A DNA stretch of 64,000 bases from Alphaproteobacteria bacterium (GTDB lineage Bacteria > Pseudomonadota > Alphaproteobacteria > UBA7887): positions 1,472,001 through 1,536,000 of the forward strand of contig CBDCGL010000011.1 in assembly GCA_965216755.1 (NCBI GenBank). Direction: 5' to 3'. Below, piece after piece: positions 9,894 through 19,551 of this stretch. A model generated the notes under the pieces. The model saw nothing but the letters and a program-made list of their open reading frames with translations. It did not search any database and was not told the DNA's origin. Positions within the stretch are counted from its first letter, which is position 1, and every line of letters begins with the position of its first letter. Position numbers and translations under genes: made by a program.

Positions 9894-10345
9894 CCTTCAG
9901 CTGCCACGCCTCTTTCAACTTTGCCATGCTCGGAATGGCACTGACGATGATCGCTCAACACCTCAATCACCCGACAGTCGGCAATACGTCCGCCCCTGCA
10001 CTGTCGGAGCATTCTCTCCAATTCGCCTTTTAGGGATTGCAACCGCTGAATTCGGCGATCCACGGCAAGCAACTGATTCCGCGCAATGGTGTCTGCGGCG
10101 TCACATGGTCGATCATGCTGATCGGCCAAACGCAACAAGTCGCGGATGGCATCCAGGGAAAACCCTAGTTCTCGAGCATGGCGAATAAATACTAGTCTCT
10201 TGATGTGCAATTTGTCGTAACGCCTTTGATGACCAGCGGTTCGGTCTGGCGGAGAGAGGAGCCCTATTTGCTCGTAGTAACGGATCGTTTGGACTTTGCA
10301 TCCGGTGTCCTTGGCAACGCGGCCAATTGTCAATGCGGCAGACAT
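9890..10345 (-). CDS. MerR family metal-responsive regulator (CadR/PbrR/ZntR-like)
   Basis: TIRYYEQIGLL, ARELGFSL, metal-ligand Cys pattern RPC...QC...DC and a His-containing tail. Confidence 0.92.
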   Translation of the reverse strand: MSAALTIGRVAKDTGCKVQTIRYYEQIGLLSPPDRTAGHQRRYDKLHIKRLVFIRHARELGFSLDAIRDLLRLADQHDRPCDAADTIARNQLLAVDRRIQRLQSLKGELERMLRQCRGGRIADCRVIEVLSDHRQCHSEHGKVERGVAAEG

Positions 10346-10357
10346 GTCATTTCCCGC

Positions 10358-10388
10358 TTGAACCTACAGCGATTGGAGCAATTAACCT
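10358..10388 (+). promoter_or_regulatory. MerR-type promoter with 19-bp spacer and dyad operator
   Basis: -35 TTGAAC (10358-63), 19-bp spacer containing imperfect dyad CTACAG-CGA-TTGGAG, -10 TAACCT (10383-88), upstream of the CDF transporter. Confidence 0.8.
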
Positions 10389-10424
10389 GGTGCCCATGCG
10401 ATCTGTCGGCAAGATGAAACACGC

Positions 10425-11066
10425 GTGATGGGCCTGAATTGCTGCCATCACGAGCCCAAGTTCGACGGCATGTCGCCGGCGTTTCGACGCACGCTGTGGG
10501 CCCTGATATTGGTCAACGGCACGATGTTTGTCGTTGAAATGGCCGCCGGCGCCATTGCTGGGTCGCGCGCGTTACAGGCAGACGCGCTTGATTTCTTTGG
10601 CGACACAGTCACTTACGCCCTCAGCCTCTATGTTATCGGCATGCCATTGCGAACGCGGGCGGCCGCGGCTCTTTTCAAGGGTTTGAGCCTTGGCGCGATT
10701 GGCGCCTGGGTGCTTGGCGCCACGATCTACCAAATTTGGGTGCTGGGCGTACCGCAAGCGCACATCATGGGTGCCGTGGGATTTGTCGCCTTGGCCGCAA
10801 ATGTTGGCAGCGCGCTGGCACTTGCACGCTATAGGAATGGTGATTCGAACGTTCGCTCGGTTTGGTTGTGCAGCCGCAATGACGCCATCGGCAATGTCGC
10901 AGTTATGGTCGCAGCGGGCGGAATCTGGTTGACAGGCACGGCCTGGCCGGACTTGATCGTCGCCTCGATCATGGCCGGCCTGTTTTTCTGGTCAGCCGCC
11001 CAGATTGTTGTTCAAGCGCTTCACGAACGCAGACACCCCGTTAGTGTGGCAACGGCCGCGGAATAG
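10425..11066 (+). CDS. Cation diffusion facilitator (short CzcD-like Co/Zn/Cd efflux protein)
   Basis: N-terminal CCHH, ADALDFFGD, SVWLCSRNDAIGN, WPDL; about 6 TM segments. Confidence 0.9.
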   Translation: MMGLNCCHHEPKFDGMSPAFRRTLWALILVNGTMFVVEMAAGAIAGSRALQADALDFFGDTVTYALSLYVIGMPLRTRAAAALFKGLSLGAIGAWVLGATIYQIWVLGVPQAHIMGAVGFVALAANVGSALALARYRNGDSNVRSVWLCSRNDAIGNVAVMVAAGGIWLTGTAWPDLIVASIMAGLFFWSAAQIVVQALHERRHPVSVATAAE

Positions 11067-11095
11067 GGCGCGACTGCCGGCAGAGGACATTCATC

Positions 11096-11563
11096 ATGTT
11101 GCGACCAAAACGACTGGCGGTACATGGCGTGCTTGCAGCACTGGCGTTCACAATCGTTGGTGGCTGGCTTTTGCTGGCTGGGGTACCCGCCGACGCGACA
11201 GACGTTACCGTTTACAAGTCTCCTTGGTGCGGTTGTTGCGGTGCTTGGGTGGACCACCTTCGCGACAATGGTTTTGACGTGAGAGTCGAAGAACAAGAGG
11301 ACCTGGCCCCTGTCAAGGCGCGCCTCGGCGTACCTCCTGAACTGCAGTCCTGTCACACTGCAATAGTTGATGGCTATGCGATCGAAGGCCACGTTCCGGC
11401 GGCCGATATTCATCGCCTGCTGACGGAGCGGCCCGCGGCGAAGGGTCTCGCCGTTCCGGGCATGCCAATCGGCTCACCCGGCATGGAAATGGACGGCCGC
11501 CAAGACGCCTACGATGTCATCTTGTTTGGCAACGACCAGCGTTCTATTTTCGCGCACCATTAG
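11096..11563 (+). CDS. DUF411 (CopG-like) periplasmic metal-binding protein
   Basis: YKSPWCGCC, SCHTA, IEGHVPA, GLAVPGMPIGSPGME; signal peptide. Confidence 0.9.
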   Translation: MLRPKRLAVHGVLAALAFTIVGGWLLLAGVPADATDVTVYKSPWCGCCGAWVDHLRDNGFDVRVEEQEDLAPVKARLGVPPELQSCHTAIVDGYAIEGHVPAADIHRLLTERPAAKGLAVPGMPIGSPGMEMDGRQDAYDVILFGNDQRSIFAHH

Positions 11564-11564
11564 C

Positions 11565-11657
11565 ATTTCGGTGACAGTTTACTAAATACACAATATATTG
11601 AATACTCATGTGCATTGACGGCCCTATCTTGTGTATTTAGTAAACTGTCACCGAAAT
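11565..11657. repeat. Palindromic REP/MITE-like element (copy B)
   Basis: Perfect 29-bp inverted repeat ATTTCGGTGACAGTTTACTAAATACACAA (11565-11593) / TTGTGTATTTAGTAAACTGTCACCGAAAT (11629-11657), 35-bp spacer. Confidence 0.9.
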
Positions 11658-11670
11658 ACAAACTGAGTGG

Positions 11671-11937
11671 TCAAAGCGGAAAGTCGCGCTCTGGATCTAT
11701 CCCGCACTCTTCCAGATACTTCCTAATCCGCATCACCTCGCTCTTCGGAACGCTGTGATTGGCGGTCGGAAAATTCGCCGTATGGCCATTCAACGACACA
11801 TGCAGGCGTCCGGAATGGGCGGTCGACACGTCGGCTCCCAATTCGACAAACACTTTCTCAATATCGCGAAAATGGATGTTGGCACTGACCGGATGCGCAA
11901 AAAAAGCGTGTAGAATCTTTCGGTGGCGATGATTCAT
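11671..11937 (-). CDS. HicA-like small protein, no adjacent antitoxin
   Basis: 88 aa: MNHRHRKILHAFFAHPVSANIHFRDIEKVFVELGA...RLHVSLNG...IRKYLEECGI resembles the HicA-family pattern; GAGG RBS. Confidence 0.6.
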   Translation of the reverse strand: MNHRHRKILHAFFAHPVSANIHFRDIEKVFVELGADVSTAHSGRLHVSLNGHTANFPTANHSVPKSEVMRIRKYLEECGIDPERDFPL

Positions 11938-12028
11938 GGGTCGATTTGTCCCTCTCCTAGCTTCGCACCAAACTTTTGTGCATCGCCCCCCAAGCCGCCG
12001 CCATAATGTCGGTTAGGAACACAGCCTC

Positions 12029-12463
12029 CTACAGCAATCCAAGCGCGCGGAGTTCGCGTACCAACTTCGCGGGCATGTCGTCAGGCGCATCCGACCCAAG
12101 TTTGAGATCCGGAGGCGCGTCGGCAGCATTCAGATAGCGCCATCCCTGCATTGGACGGGCGCCCCTCGGTTCGGTTTCCACGACCGTCGAGTCAAGGACC
12201 AGGGCACACCGTTTGTTGGTCCCGTGCGCCTGGTTTCGTTCGATGGCAATGATCCGTTGGCGGGCACGAATCTGACCCGCAATGATCCAATAGATCGAAC
12301 CGCCGTCGAGAATCTCATCGGCGCGCCGCGGTGTATGCCGAGTCCAATGGCGCAGCAATGCGGGATCGCCAGCATCATGCAAAGCATCCAAGCGCTTCGC
12401 TTGAGCGTCGCGCAGATGACCCACACTGGTGATTCCGACACACATTTTGAGCAAATGCAGCAT
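12029..12463 (-). CDS. DUF1489 family protein
   Basis: LHLLKMCVG, TRHTPRR, GGSIYWII, RPMQGWRYL, ELRALGLL; ATG at 12463 preferred. Confidence 0.88.
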   Translation of the reverse strand: MLHLLKMCVGITSVGHLRDAQAKRLDALHDAGDPALLRHWTRHTPRRADEILDGGSIYWIIAGQIRARQRIIAIERNQAHGTNKRCALVLDSTVVETEPRGARPMQGWRYLNAADAPPDLKLGSDAPDDMPAKLVRELRALGLL

Positions 12464-12534
12464 GAATGTGCCTAGAAGACAGATAGGCAGTGCATGCGCA
12501 CGACCCCGCGACACCCAGAAAGCACCATGTCGCT

Positions 12535-14535
12535 TCAAGCCTGTGGCAAGAAGTCGATGAGTGTCGCGCCCTCATCGACCCAGTCGCCGGCATTAAAGCA
12601 CACCTTTTCGACACTGCCATCGGCCGGCGCCGCAATTGTGTGCTCCATCTTCATGGCCTCCAAAACCAAGAGTGGGGCACCCATCGCAACTTCAGCGCCG
12701 TCCTCGATGAAAACTTGGCTTATCCGACCAGGCATTGGTGCCGTCAAATGGCCCCCTTGCTCGTCATCAATAGTGGCGCCATCCAGAGGATCAACCATCT
12801 GAAAAGCCTGGCTCTGGCCATGTTCGATTACAGTGACCAAATTGTCGTGCTGGGTGACTGTCGCCCGAAACCTGACACCGCCAAGATCCGCACGTAAATC
12901 ACCGCCCTCGATCAATTCGCCGGACGCAGGCACATTGCCGTCGCCAATCGTGAAGATGAAGCCCGCGCCGCAGGCGCGGTAGCCAATGGCGCGCGTCTCG
13001 CCGTCAGCGACCAACTTGATCTCGTCGCCGCCCGTTTGGTTTAGCCGCCAACCATCAGCCTGCCCCCACGGCGATGTCGGATCGCCGGATTGCGCGGCCG
13101 CCTGGGTCGCGGCGCGCTGGCGTTCAAGCAGGATGAACAGCGCCGCCAGCGCAACGCTTTCCGGCGGTGCCGATCTTTGTGGCGGGACCAGCGTTTCGCG
13201 GTTCGCGGCAACAAAATCGGTCGCCAAATCGCCCGTGACGAATGCGCTGTGATCGGCGATCGCAGCCAACAGATCACGATTGGTCGCAACGCCGACAACT
13301 TGGCAGGCGTCAAGCGCCCTTTGCATGCCTGATAATGCCCCCGCACGATTTTCTGCAAACGCAATGATTTTGGCCAACATCGGGTCGTAGTAGGGCGAAA
13401 CCGTGTCGCCTATTTCAAAACCGGTGTCGACACGGACGCCATCCTCGTCCTGCGGCAGTCGGAAATGGACGAGTGTGCCGGTCGACGGCAGATCATCGCG
13501 GCGCGGGTCTTCCGCATACAGGCGCGCCTCGATAGCATGCCCGCGCACGACGATTTGATCTTGTGTCAGGGGCAGGGTTTCGCCGTTGGCAACCCGAAAT
13601 TGCCATTCAACGAGATCAAGACTTGTAATGAGTTCTGTGACCGGATGTTCAACTTGAAGCCTTGTGTTCATCTCCAAGAAGTAAAAATTGCTTTCTTGGT
13701 CGACCAAGAATTCGACAGTTCCGGCCCCGATATAGTTGCTCGCGCGCGCGATCGAAATCGCGGCCTCGCCCAATTGCGCGCGCAGCTCCGCCGACACTGA
13801 TGGACCGGGTGCCTCCTCAAATATCTTCTGATGGCGCCGCTGTATGGAGCAATCGCGTTCCCACAAATGCACGACATTGCCATGGCAATCTCCGAACACC
13901 TGAACCTCGATATGCCTTGGCCGAACAACGTATTTTTCCAACAACACATGATCGTCGCCGAAAGACGCCTGTGCTTCACGTCGCGCCGCCTTCACCGATT
14001 CCGCCAAATCCAACTCGCGTGTGACAACCCGCATGCCCCGACCGCCACCACCGGCGGACGCTTTGACCAAGACCGGATATCCGATTTTCCGTGCCGCCGT
14101 CGCAAACACCTTTAGGTCCATGTTGGCGTCGTGGTAGCCCGGTACGACCGGTATCTCGGCTTCCTGAGCCAAGTGCCGGGCCTCAGCCTTTCGCCCCATC
14201 TGACGCATCGACTGCGCCGTCGGCCCGACAAACACCAGCCCGGCTTGGGTCACCGCTTCCGCGAACGCCGCGTTCTCGGACAAAAAACCGTAGCCCGGAT
14301 GTATGGCTTGAGCGCCGGCATGATGGGCCACCTCGAGAATCATGTCCGACCGCAAATAGCTTTCCGCCGCCGGCGAAAGGCCGATTGGGTAGGCTTCGTC
14401 CGCCTCGCGCACATGCAGCGCGGTGGCGTCGGCCGGTGAATAGACCGCGACCGTCCGAATTCCCATGCGCCGCGCTGTCCGCATGATACGGCAGGCGATC
14501 TCACCACGATTTGCTATCAATACTTTGTCGAACAT
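12535..14535 (-). CDS. liuD: 3-methylcrotonyl-CoA carboxylase biotin-containing (alpha) subunit
   Basis: IANRGEIA, GGGGRGMR, RDCSIQRRHQK, EMNTRLQVEH, EAMKME biotinyl motif; context with liuB and liuC. Confidence 0.88.
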   Translation of the reverse strand: MFDKVLIANRGEIACRIMRTARRMGIRTVAVYSPADATALHVREADEAYPIGLSPAAESYLRSDMILEVAHHAGAQAIHPGYGFLSENAAFAEAVTQAGLVFVGPTAQSMRQMGRKAEARHLAQEAEIPVVPGYHDANMDLKVFATAARKIGYPVLVKASAGGGGRGMRVVTRELDLAESVKAARREAQASFGDDHVLLEKYVVRPRHIEVQVFGDCHGNVVHLWERDCSIQRRHQKIFEEAPGPSVSAELRAQLGEAAISIARASNYIGAGTVEFLVDQESNFYFLEMNTRLQVEHPVTELITSLDLVEWQFRVANGETLPLTQDQIVVRGHAIEARLYAEDPRRDDLPSTGTLVHFRLPQDEDGVRVDTGFEIGDTVSPYYDPMLAKIIAFAENRAGALSGMQRALDACQVVGVATNRDLLAAIADHSAFVTGDLATDFVAANRETLVPPQRSAPPESVALAALFILLERQRAATQAAAQSGDPTSPWGQADGWRLNQTGGDEIKLVADGETRAIGYRACGAGFIFTIGDGNVPASGELIEGGDLRADLGGVRFRATVTQHDNLVTVIEHGQSQAFQMVDPLDGATIDDEQGGHLTAPMPGRISQVFIEDGAEVAMGAPLLVLEAMKMEHTIAAPADGSVEKVCFNAGDWVDEGATLIDFLPQA

Positions 14536-14552
14536 CAGTTGGGTCAGCCTGT

Positions 14553-15470
14553 CTAATCGCCGGGATGTCGGCGCTGCTCGCGCGCATAGGTCATGATCTC
14601 ATAGAAACCAAACAACATGAGCATGACACCGAGTACGATTTCGATCGCAATAATCACGCGAATGACATCGCTTTGTGGTGTGATATCGCCATAACCGACT
14701 GTACTCAGCGTCACGATGGAAAAATAGAGACTCTCCGGAAACCCGAGCGACTTTGGTTCGCCATTTACAAAAAAATGATGCGCTGACGAATAGCGGTCAA
14801 TAATCCGATAGATCGCGGCGAACACGATCACGGTCAGCGAGTAAAACGTGAAAAAAGCGAAAGCCGGCATAGCCATTTCCGCGATCCGCGAAAAAAACGC
14901 GTCGAAGAGAAGACCGGCGTCGATCAAAAATAGGCTAATACCGCGCGCGACAAAAACGACGACCAGACCGATCCCGGCCATCGCTGCTAGAAACACCAAG
15001 TCCTTGGTCAGTTGATCTAGCTGCAACGCGGGGACAAAAAACGTCGCCACACCGATCGCAAAGATTGGCACCAACCAACGAAGTGCTTGCACGAAACTCC
15101 GCTTGACGGTGTACGGCGTCGCCAAGAGGACGGCGCGTATCTGGTCGCGATGCCAGAACACCCCAACCAGGAAACACACAATCGGTAGCAAAAAACCAAA
15201 ATAAATGGCCCACAGGGACAATGGCCAAAAATTCGCTTCGACAAAAAAGATGAACAGACAAATATAGACGCTCAAAAAGTCGGTCAGAGCCAAAGAAAAG
15301 AACCGGCTGTCCGGAAACAATCTATAGATGATCGCGACACACGCTGCGATGCCAGCGAGCATTATGAAGACGAAATAACCCGCCACGCCCGACAACGCCA
15401 ACGCGACCAAAGCCAATAGGCTGACACTGAAGGCAACGCTGAGCAGCCAATGTCGGCGGGGTCGATCCAT
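14553..15470 (-). CDS. Potassium channel family protein (multi-TM, C-terminal pore domain)
   Basis: SLYFSIVTLSTVGYGDITP selectivity filter flanked by TM helices; several N-terminal TM segments; start 15470 or 15515. Confidence 0.85.
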   Translation of the reverse strand: MDRPRRHWLLSVAFSVSLLALVALALSGVAGYFVFIMLAGIAACVAIIYRLFPDSRFFSLALTDFLSVYICLFIFFVEANFWPLSLWAIYFGFLLPIVCFLVGVFWHRDQIRAVLLATPYTVKRSFVQALRWLVPIFAIGVATFFVPALQLDQLTKDLVFLAAMAGIGLVVVFVARGISLFLIDAGLLFDAFFSRIAEMAMPAFAFFTFYSLTVIVFAAIYRIIDRYSSAHHFFVNGEPKSLGFPESLYFSIVTLSTVGYGDITPQSDVIRVIIAIEIVLGVMLMLFGFYEIMTYAREQRRHPGD

Positions 15471-15489
15471 GTTGCGTGAGCGTTCGAGC

Positions 15490-16281
15490 CTATTCTGAGC
15501 GCCAAGCCGGCGCACGTTTGTCTAGGAATGCACTAACCCCTTCGCGACCTTCGTCGCCCGCGCGGCTTTCCGCGATTCGCCGCGCCGTGTCGTCTATGAC
15601 GTCATCATCGATCAAGCGGGTCGCAACCGCGTAAATCAGGTCTTTCGCCGCAGCCAATGCGTGCGGCCCCGCGTTCAGGATGTGACCCACAAGGGCCACG
15701 ACCGTGTCGTCGAGTTTCTCTTCGGCTACGACTTCGTGTACCAGCCCCAGCCGCTTGGCTTCGTCGGCACCGATCTGTTCTCCGGTCAAGAAATACCGAC
15801 GGGCCGCGCTCTCACCGATCTTGGCGATCACATATGGGCTGATCACAGCCGGAATCAGGCCAAGACGCACTTCTGAAAACATGAACCGGGCGCGGTTCGT
15901 GGCAACAACAATGTCACACGCCGCAACCAGGCCGACCCCACCGCCGTAAGCCGGCCCTTGGACGCGGCCGATCACCGGCTTGTTCAAGCGGCTGATCAGC
16001 CGCAGCAAGCGTCCCAGTTCACGAGCGTCGGCAAGGTTCTCCGCATCCTCGAAAGTGGCCGTGCGCTTCATCCAATTGAGGTCCGCGCCGGCCGAAAAAC
16101 TGCGCCCCAACGCCTCTAGAATCACCACGCGCACGTCGCGCCCCTCAGACAGCTGGGCGAACGTTTCATTCAACCGGCGAATAAGCGCATCGTCGAACGC
16201 GTTGTGCACATCGGCTCTATTGAGCGTTACGCGAACGATACCACTACCATCGTCCGTCACGAGAAGAGGATCATCTGCCAT
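15490..16281 (-). CDS. liuC: Methylglutaconyl-CoA hydratase (enoyl-CoA hydratase family)
   Basis: FSAGADLNWM, GGGVGLVAACD, SEVRLGLIPAVISPYV; located between the MCC subunit genes. Confidence 0.87.
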   Translation of the reverse strand: MADDPLLVTDDGSGIVRVTLNRADVHNAFDDALIRRLNETFAQLSEGRDVRVVILEALGRSFSAGADLNWMKRTATFEDAENLADARELGRLLRLISRLNKPVIGRVQGPAYGGGVGLVAACDIVVATNRARFMFSEVRLGLIPAVISPYVIAKIGESAARRYFLTGEQIGADEAKRLGLVHEVVAEEKLDDTVVALVGHILNAGPHALAAAKDLIYAVATRLIDDDVIDDTARRIAESRAGDEGREGVSAFLDKRAPAWRSE

Positions 16282-16284
16282 TGA

Positions 16285-17892
16285 TCACATCCGAAACACA
16301 CCAAACCGCGTTTGCGGGATCGGCGCATTCAGCGCCGCGGAAATGCCAAGGCCCAGGACCCGCCGCGTGTCGGCCGGGTCGATGACACCATCATCCCACA
16401 AACGCGCGCTGGCGTAGAATGGATGGCCCTGGCTCTCATACTGCTCAAGGATCGGCCCCTTGAAACTCTCTTCCTCGTCGGACGACCAAGTTTCACCACG
16501 TGCCTCGATTGAGTCGCGGCGGACCGTGGCCAAAACGCTCGCCGCTTGCGCGCCACCCATGACGGAAATGCGCGCGTTCGGCCACATCCAAAGAAAACGT
16601 GGGCCATATGCGCGCCCGCACATCGCGTAGTTGCCGGCGCCGAAACTGCCGCCTGTGATCACGGTAAATTTCGGCACTTGGGCACAAGCAACCGCGGTGA
16701 CCATTTTGGCACCGTCCTTGGCAATGCCCCCCGCCTCGTACTTCCGGCCAACCATAAATCCTGTGATGTTCTGAAGGAACACCAGAGGTATCCGGCGCTG
16801 ACAACAGAGTTCAATGAAATGAACGCCCTTCAGCGCCGACTCCGAAAAGAGAATACCATTGTTGGCAACGATGCCGACGGGGTAGCCGAATATCCGCGCA
16901 AATCCCGTCACCAAAGTCTGCCCGTACAGGTGCTTGAATTCATCGAGTGCGCTATCGTCGACGATGCGCGCGATCACTTCACGCACGTCATAGGGTTGGC
17001 GAATATCGTGTGGCACGACACCATAAATCTCTTCGGCCGCATAACGCGGCGGCCGTGGCGACGCAATATCCATGTCGACGCTTTTCGTGCCGTGTAGATG
17101 ACTAACGATCCGCCGTGCAAGTGCCAATGCGTGGGCATCATTCGATGCGAAATAGTCGGTCACGCCAGATGTCCGCGAATGCACGTCGGCACCGCCGAGT
17201 TCTTCTGCACTCACTATTTCGCCCGTTGCCGCTTTGACCAGCGGCGGTCCCCCGAGAAAAATCGTCCCTTGCTCCCGAACAATCACGCTTTCATCTGACA
17301 TCGCGGGGACATAGGCACCACCGGCCGTGCAACTCCCCATGACCAAAGCGATTTGCGGGATACCCATGGCCGACATGGTCGCCTGGTTATAGAAAATGCG
17401 GCCAAAGTGCTCGCGGTCCGGGAAAACATCATCTTGGTTCGGCAAGTTGGCCCCGCCTGAGTCGACCAAATATAGGCACGGCAGCCGATTCGCCATCGCG
17501 ACCTCTTGGGCGCGCAGATGCTTTTTGACGGTCATCGGGAAGTAAGTGCCACCTTTAACCGTCGCGTCGTTGACAACTATGACGCATTCGCGACCCGCCA
17601 CGCGCCCGATCGCCGTAACAATACCCGCGGACGGCGCTTGATCTTCATACATGCCGTGCGCCGCCAACTGGCCCAGCTCGAGCACCGGCGCATCGACATC
17701 CACGAGCCGTTTGAGGCGCTCGCGCGGCAACATTTTACCGCGAGATATGTGGCGATCGCGCGCACGATCGCCGCCGCCAGCGGTGGCGATCGCCACCGCG
17801 GCGCGGAGATCTTCTACGTGAGAGCGCATTTGCGCGGCGTTGGCATGAAACGCATCGCTGCCCGTATCGATTTTGGAGTGGATGACCGACAT
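16285..17892 (-). CDS. liuB: 3-methylcrotonyl-CoA carboxylase carboxyltransferase (beta) subunit
   Basis: [41 protein letters not shown]-terminal FGVFRM; ATG at 17892 preferred. Confidence 0.92.
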   Translation of the reverse strand: MSVIHSKIDTGSDAFHANAAQMRSHVEDLRAAVAIATAGGGDRARDRHISRGKMLPRERLKRLVDVDAPVLELGQLAAHGMYEDQAPSAGIVTAIGRVAGRECVIVVNDATVKGGTYFPMTVKKHLRAQEVAMANRLPCLYLVDSGGANLPNQDDVFPDREHFGRIFYNQATMSAMGIPQIALVMGSCTAGGAYVPAMSDESVIVREQGTIFLGGPPLVKAATGEIVSAEELGGADVHSRTSGVTDYFASNDAHALALARRIVSHLHGTKSVDMDIASPRPPRYAAEEIYGVVPHDIRQPYDVREVIARIVDDSALDEFKHLYGQTLVTGFARIFGYPVGIVANNGILFSESALKGVHFIELCCQRRIPLVFLQNITGFMVGRKYEAGGIAKDGAKMVTAVACAQVPKFTVITGGSFGAGNYAMCGRAYGPRFLWMWPNARISVMGGAQAASVLATVRRDSIEARGETWSSDEEESFKGPILEQYESQGHPFYASARLWDDGVIDPADTRRVLGLGISAALNAPIPQTRFGVFRM

Positions 17893-18047
17893 GAATTGAC
17901 TGCTGGTTAGTCTCAACTCGTCACGTGGTTCAAACATGGCCGCACGGCCACCTGTACGCAAGTCTCAAAACAACAAACAACGGATGCTGCCAATATCATT
18001 GGATATTCCACCAATTATTCGTTGACCACTTTTGTGAAGCACGCCGC

Positions 18048-18944
18048 CTACGACACGGCATCGCCAATCCGGTAAATCCGCGCCGCATTCGACGCAAAAA
18101 TCTTTGTCCGATCCTCTGCTCGCAGCGTCGCTGTCAATGCCAAGGCGTCTCGATACCACACATCGTAGGCTGTCACCGCCGTCATCACCGGCCAGTTGCT
18201 AGCAAAAATCAGACGGTCGGGACCAAATTCCTGAAGCAGATGTGTTGCAAATGGCGCGACCAACTCCTGAGTCCAGCGATCGTCTTCACGCCCCTGAACG
18301 ACCACCGAGAACTTGCAATACACGTTTGGAAATTCCGCAAGGGTTGCCATGTGTGCGCGCCACGGGTCCAATGTCTGGCCCGCGATATCCGGCTTGCCCA
18401 AATGATCGACGACGATGACCGCCTCGGGACAAGCGCCAGCAAGTGCAATCACGCCTTCAAGCTGCGTGTGGCGGACGCACACGTCACAGACATAGCCAGC
18501 CGCCGCAACGGCTTGGACGCCGGCAACAAAAGACGGGCGCGCGCAGAACATCGGATCGGCCTCGTTTTGCGTCACCCGCCGCACCCCATGCACGATGTCG
18601 TGGCGCTTGAGGCGGTTAAGCTGCTGCGGCAAATCCGGGCGTTCGATCGGCGCCCACGCAACGAATGCCCGCAATTGTGGATTGGCCGCAGCGATGCCCT
18701 CAATGAAAGCAACCTCAGAGTCCGCCGCACCCGGGCCGAGATCGACTTCAACCGCGATCGCCGCCCGCAATGGCTGCGCTCTCACAGCGGCCGCATAATC
18801 AGCCCATAAGACATCGTGACCGTCGGCAATATTGGTCGCCAGTCCCTGAGAAGGCAGATCAGCAATGCGGAACAAATGAAAATGCGCATCGACAAACGGC
18901 AGAGGGCACGTGGCACCATTGTCTGTATGCGCGACCGCGGCCAT
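18048..18944 (-). CDS. Amidohydrolase_2 family protein (L-fuconolactonase-like)
   Basis: DAHFH, GVRR, VVDHLGKP, FGPDRLIFASNWP; ATG at 18944 just after the upstream stop. Confidence 0.8.
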   Translation of the reverse strand: MAAVAHTDNGATCPLPFVDAHFHLFRIADLPSQGLATNIADGHDVLWADYAAAVRAQPLRAAIAVEVDLGPGAADSEVAFIEGIAAANPQLRAFVAWAPIERPDLPQQLNRLKRHDIVHGVRRVTQNEADPMFCARPSFVAGVQAVAAAGYVCDVCVRHTQLEGVIALAGACPEAVIVVDHLGKPDIAGQTLDPWRAHMATLAEFPNVYCKFSVVVQGREDDRWTQELVAPFATHLLQEFGPDRLIFASNWPVMTAVTAYDVWYRDALALTATLRAEDRTKIFASNAARIYRIGDAVS

Positions 18945-18948
18945 GCTC

Positions 18949-19551
18949 TCACCAACCACCGGTGTCGATCCAACGGGCCACATCGTCAAGTCGGTCTTGA
19001 CCAAAAAACGGCTCGCCATCGACCATAAAGAACGGCGACCCGAAAACGCCACGCTCTTCGGCCCGTTGGGTCGCGTCAATCAGCCGCCGTTTGATGTCGG
19101 GCCGCGCAATTGCAGCCGTCAGGTCTAGAGCCGCGACGCCCAATTCGGCCGCCACATCCGCGACCGCGTCGGGCGTGCCAACATCGCGGCCCTCACAAAA
19201 ATGCGCATGGTAGACGGCCAGGGCGAACCGCTTCGCCAGCGCGTCGTCGTTATCCGCCAACCAATAGAAAGCGCGCGCCGCGGCCAGGCCGTTCAGCGGC
19301 AGGTCTTCCGCAAACTTTATCTCGATACCGTACGCGCGCCCGATTCGCCGCACATCGTGAAAAAAATAGCGATCACGCAGCGGCGTCAACGGCAGTGGAC
19401 GCGCGCCAGTGGTTTTCATGATCGCACCCAGCATGAACGGTCGCCATGTCACGCTGCGCCCGTGACGGGCGGCGATCGCATCAATTCTCAGGGCCGCGAA
19501 ATAGCCATACGGCGACGCGAACTCAAAATAGAAATCGATGGGCGCCGTCAT
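18949..19551 (-). CDS. 2-hydroxychromene-2-carboxylate isomerase / kappa-GST (DsbA family)
   Basis: IDFYFEFASPYGY, WRPFMLG, GVFGSPFF, FFGQDRL. Confidence 0.88.
   Translation of the reverse strand: MTAPIDFYFEFASPYGYFAALRIDAIAARHGRSVTWRPFMLGAIMKTTGARPLPLTPLRDRYFFHDVRRIGRAYGIEIKFAEDLPLNGLAAARAFYWLADNDDALAKRFALAVYHAHFCEGRDVGTPDAVADVAAELGVAALDLTAAIARPDIKRRLIDATQRAEERGVFGSPFFMVDGEPFFGQDRLDDVARWIDTGGW

Noticed and set aside
11565-11657. Palindromic elements as a CRISPR array or integron attC sites
   Set aside because: They are isolated inverted repeats rather than direct repeat-spacer arrays; no cas or integrase genes; ends lack the RYYYAAC/GTTRRRY attC cores
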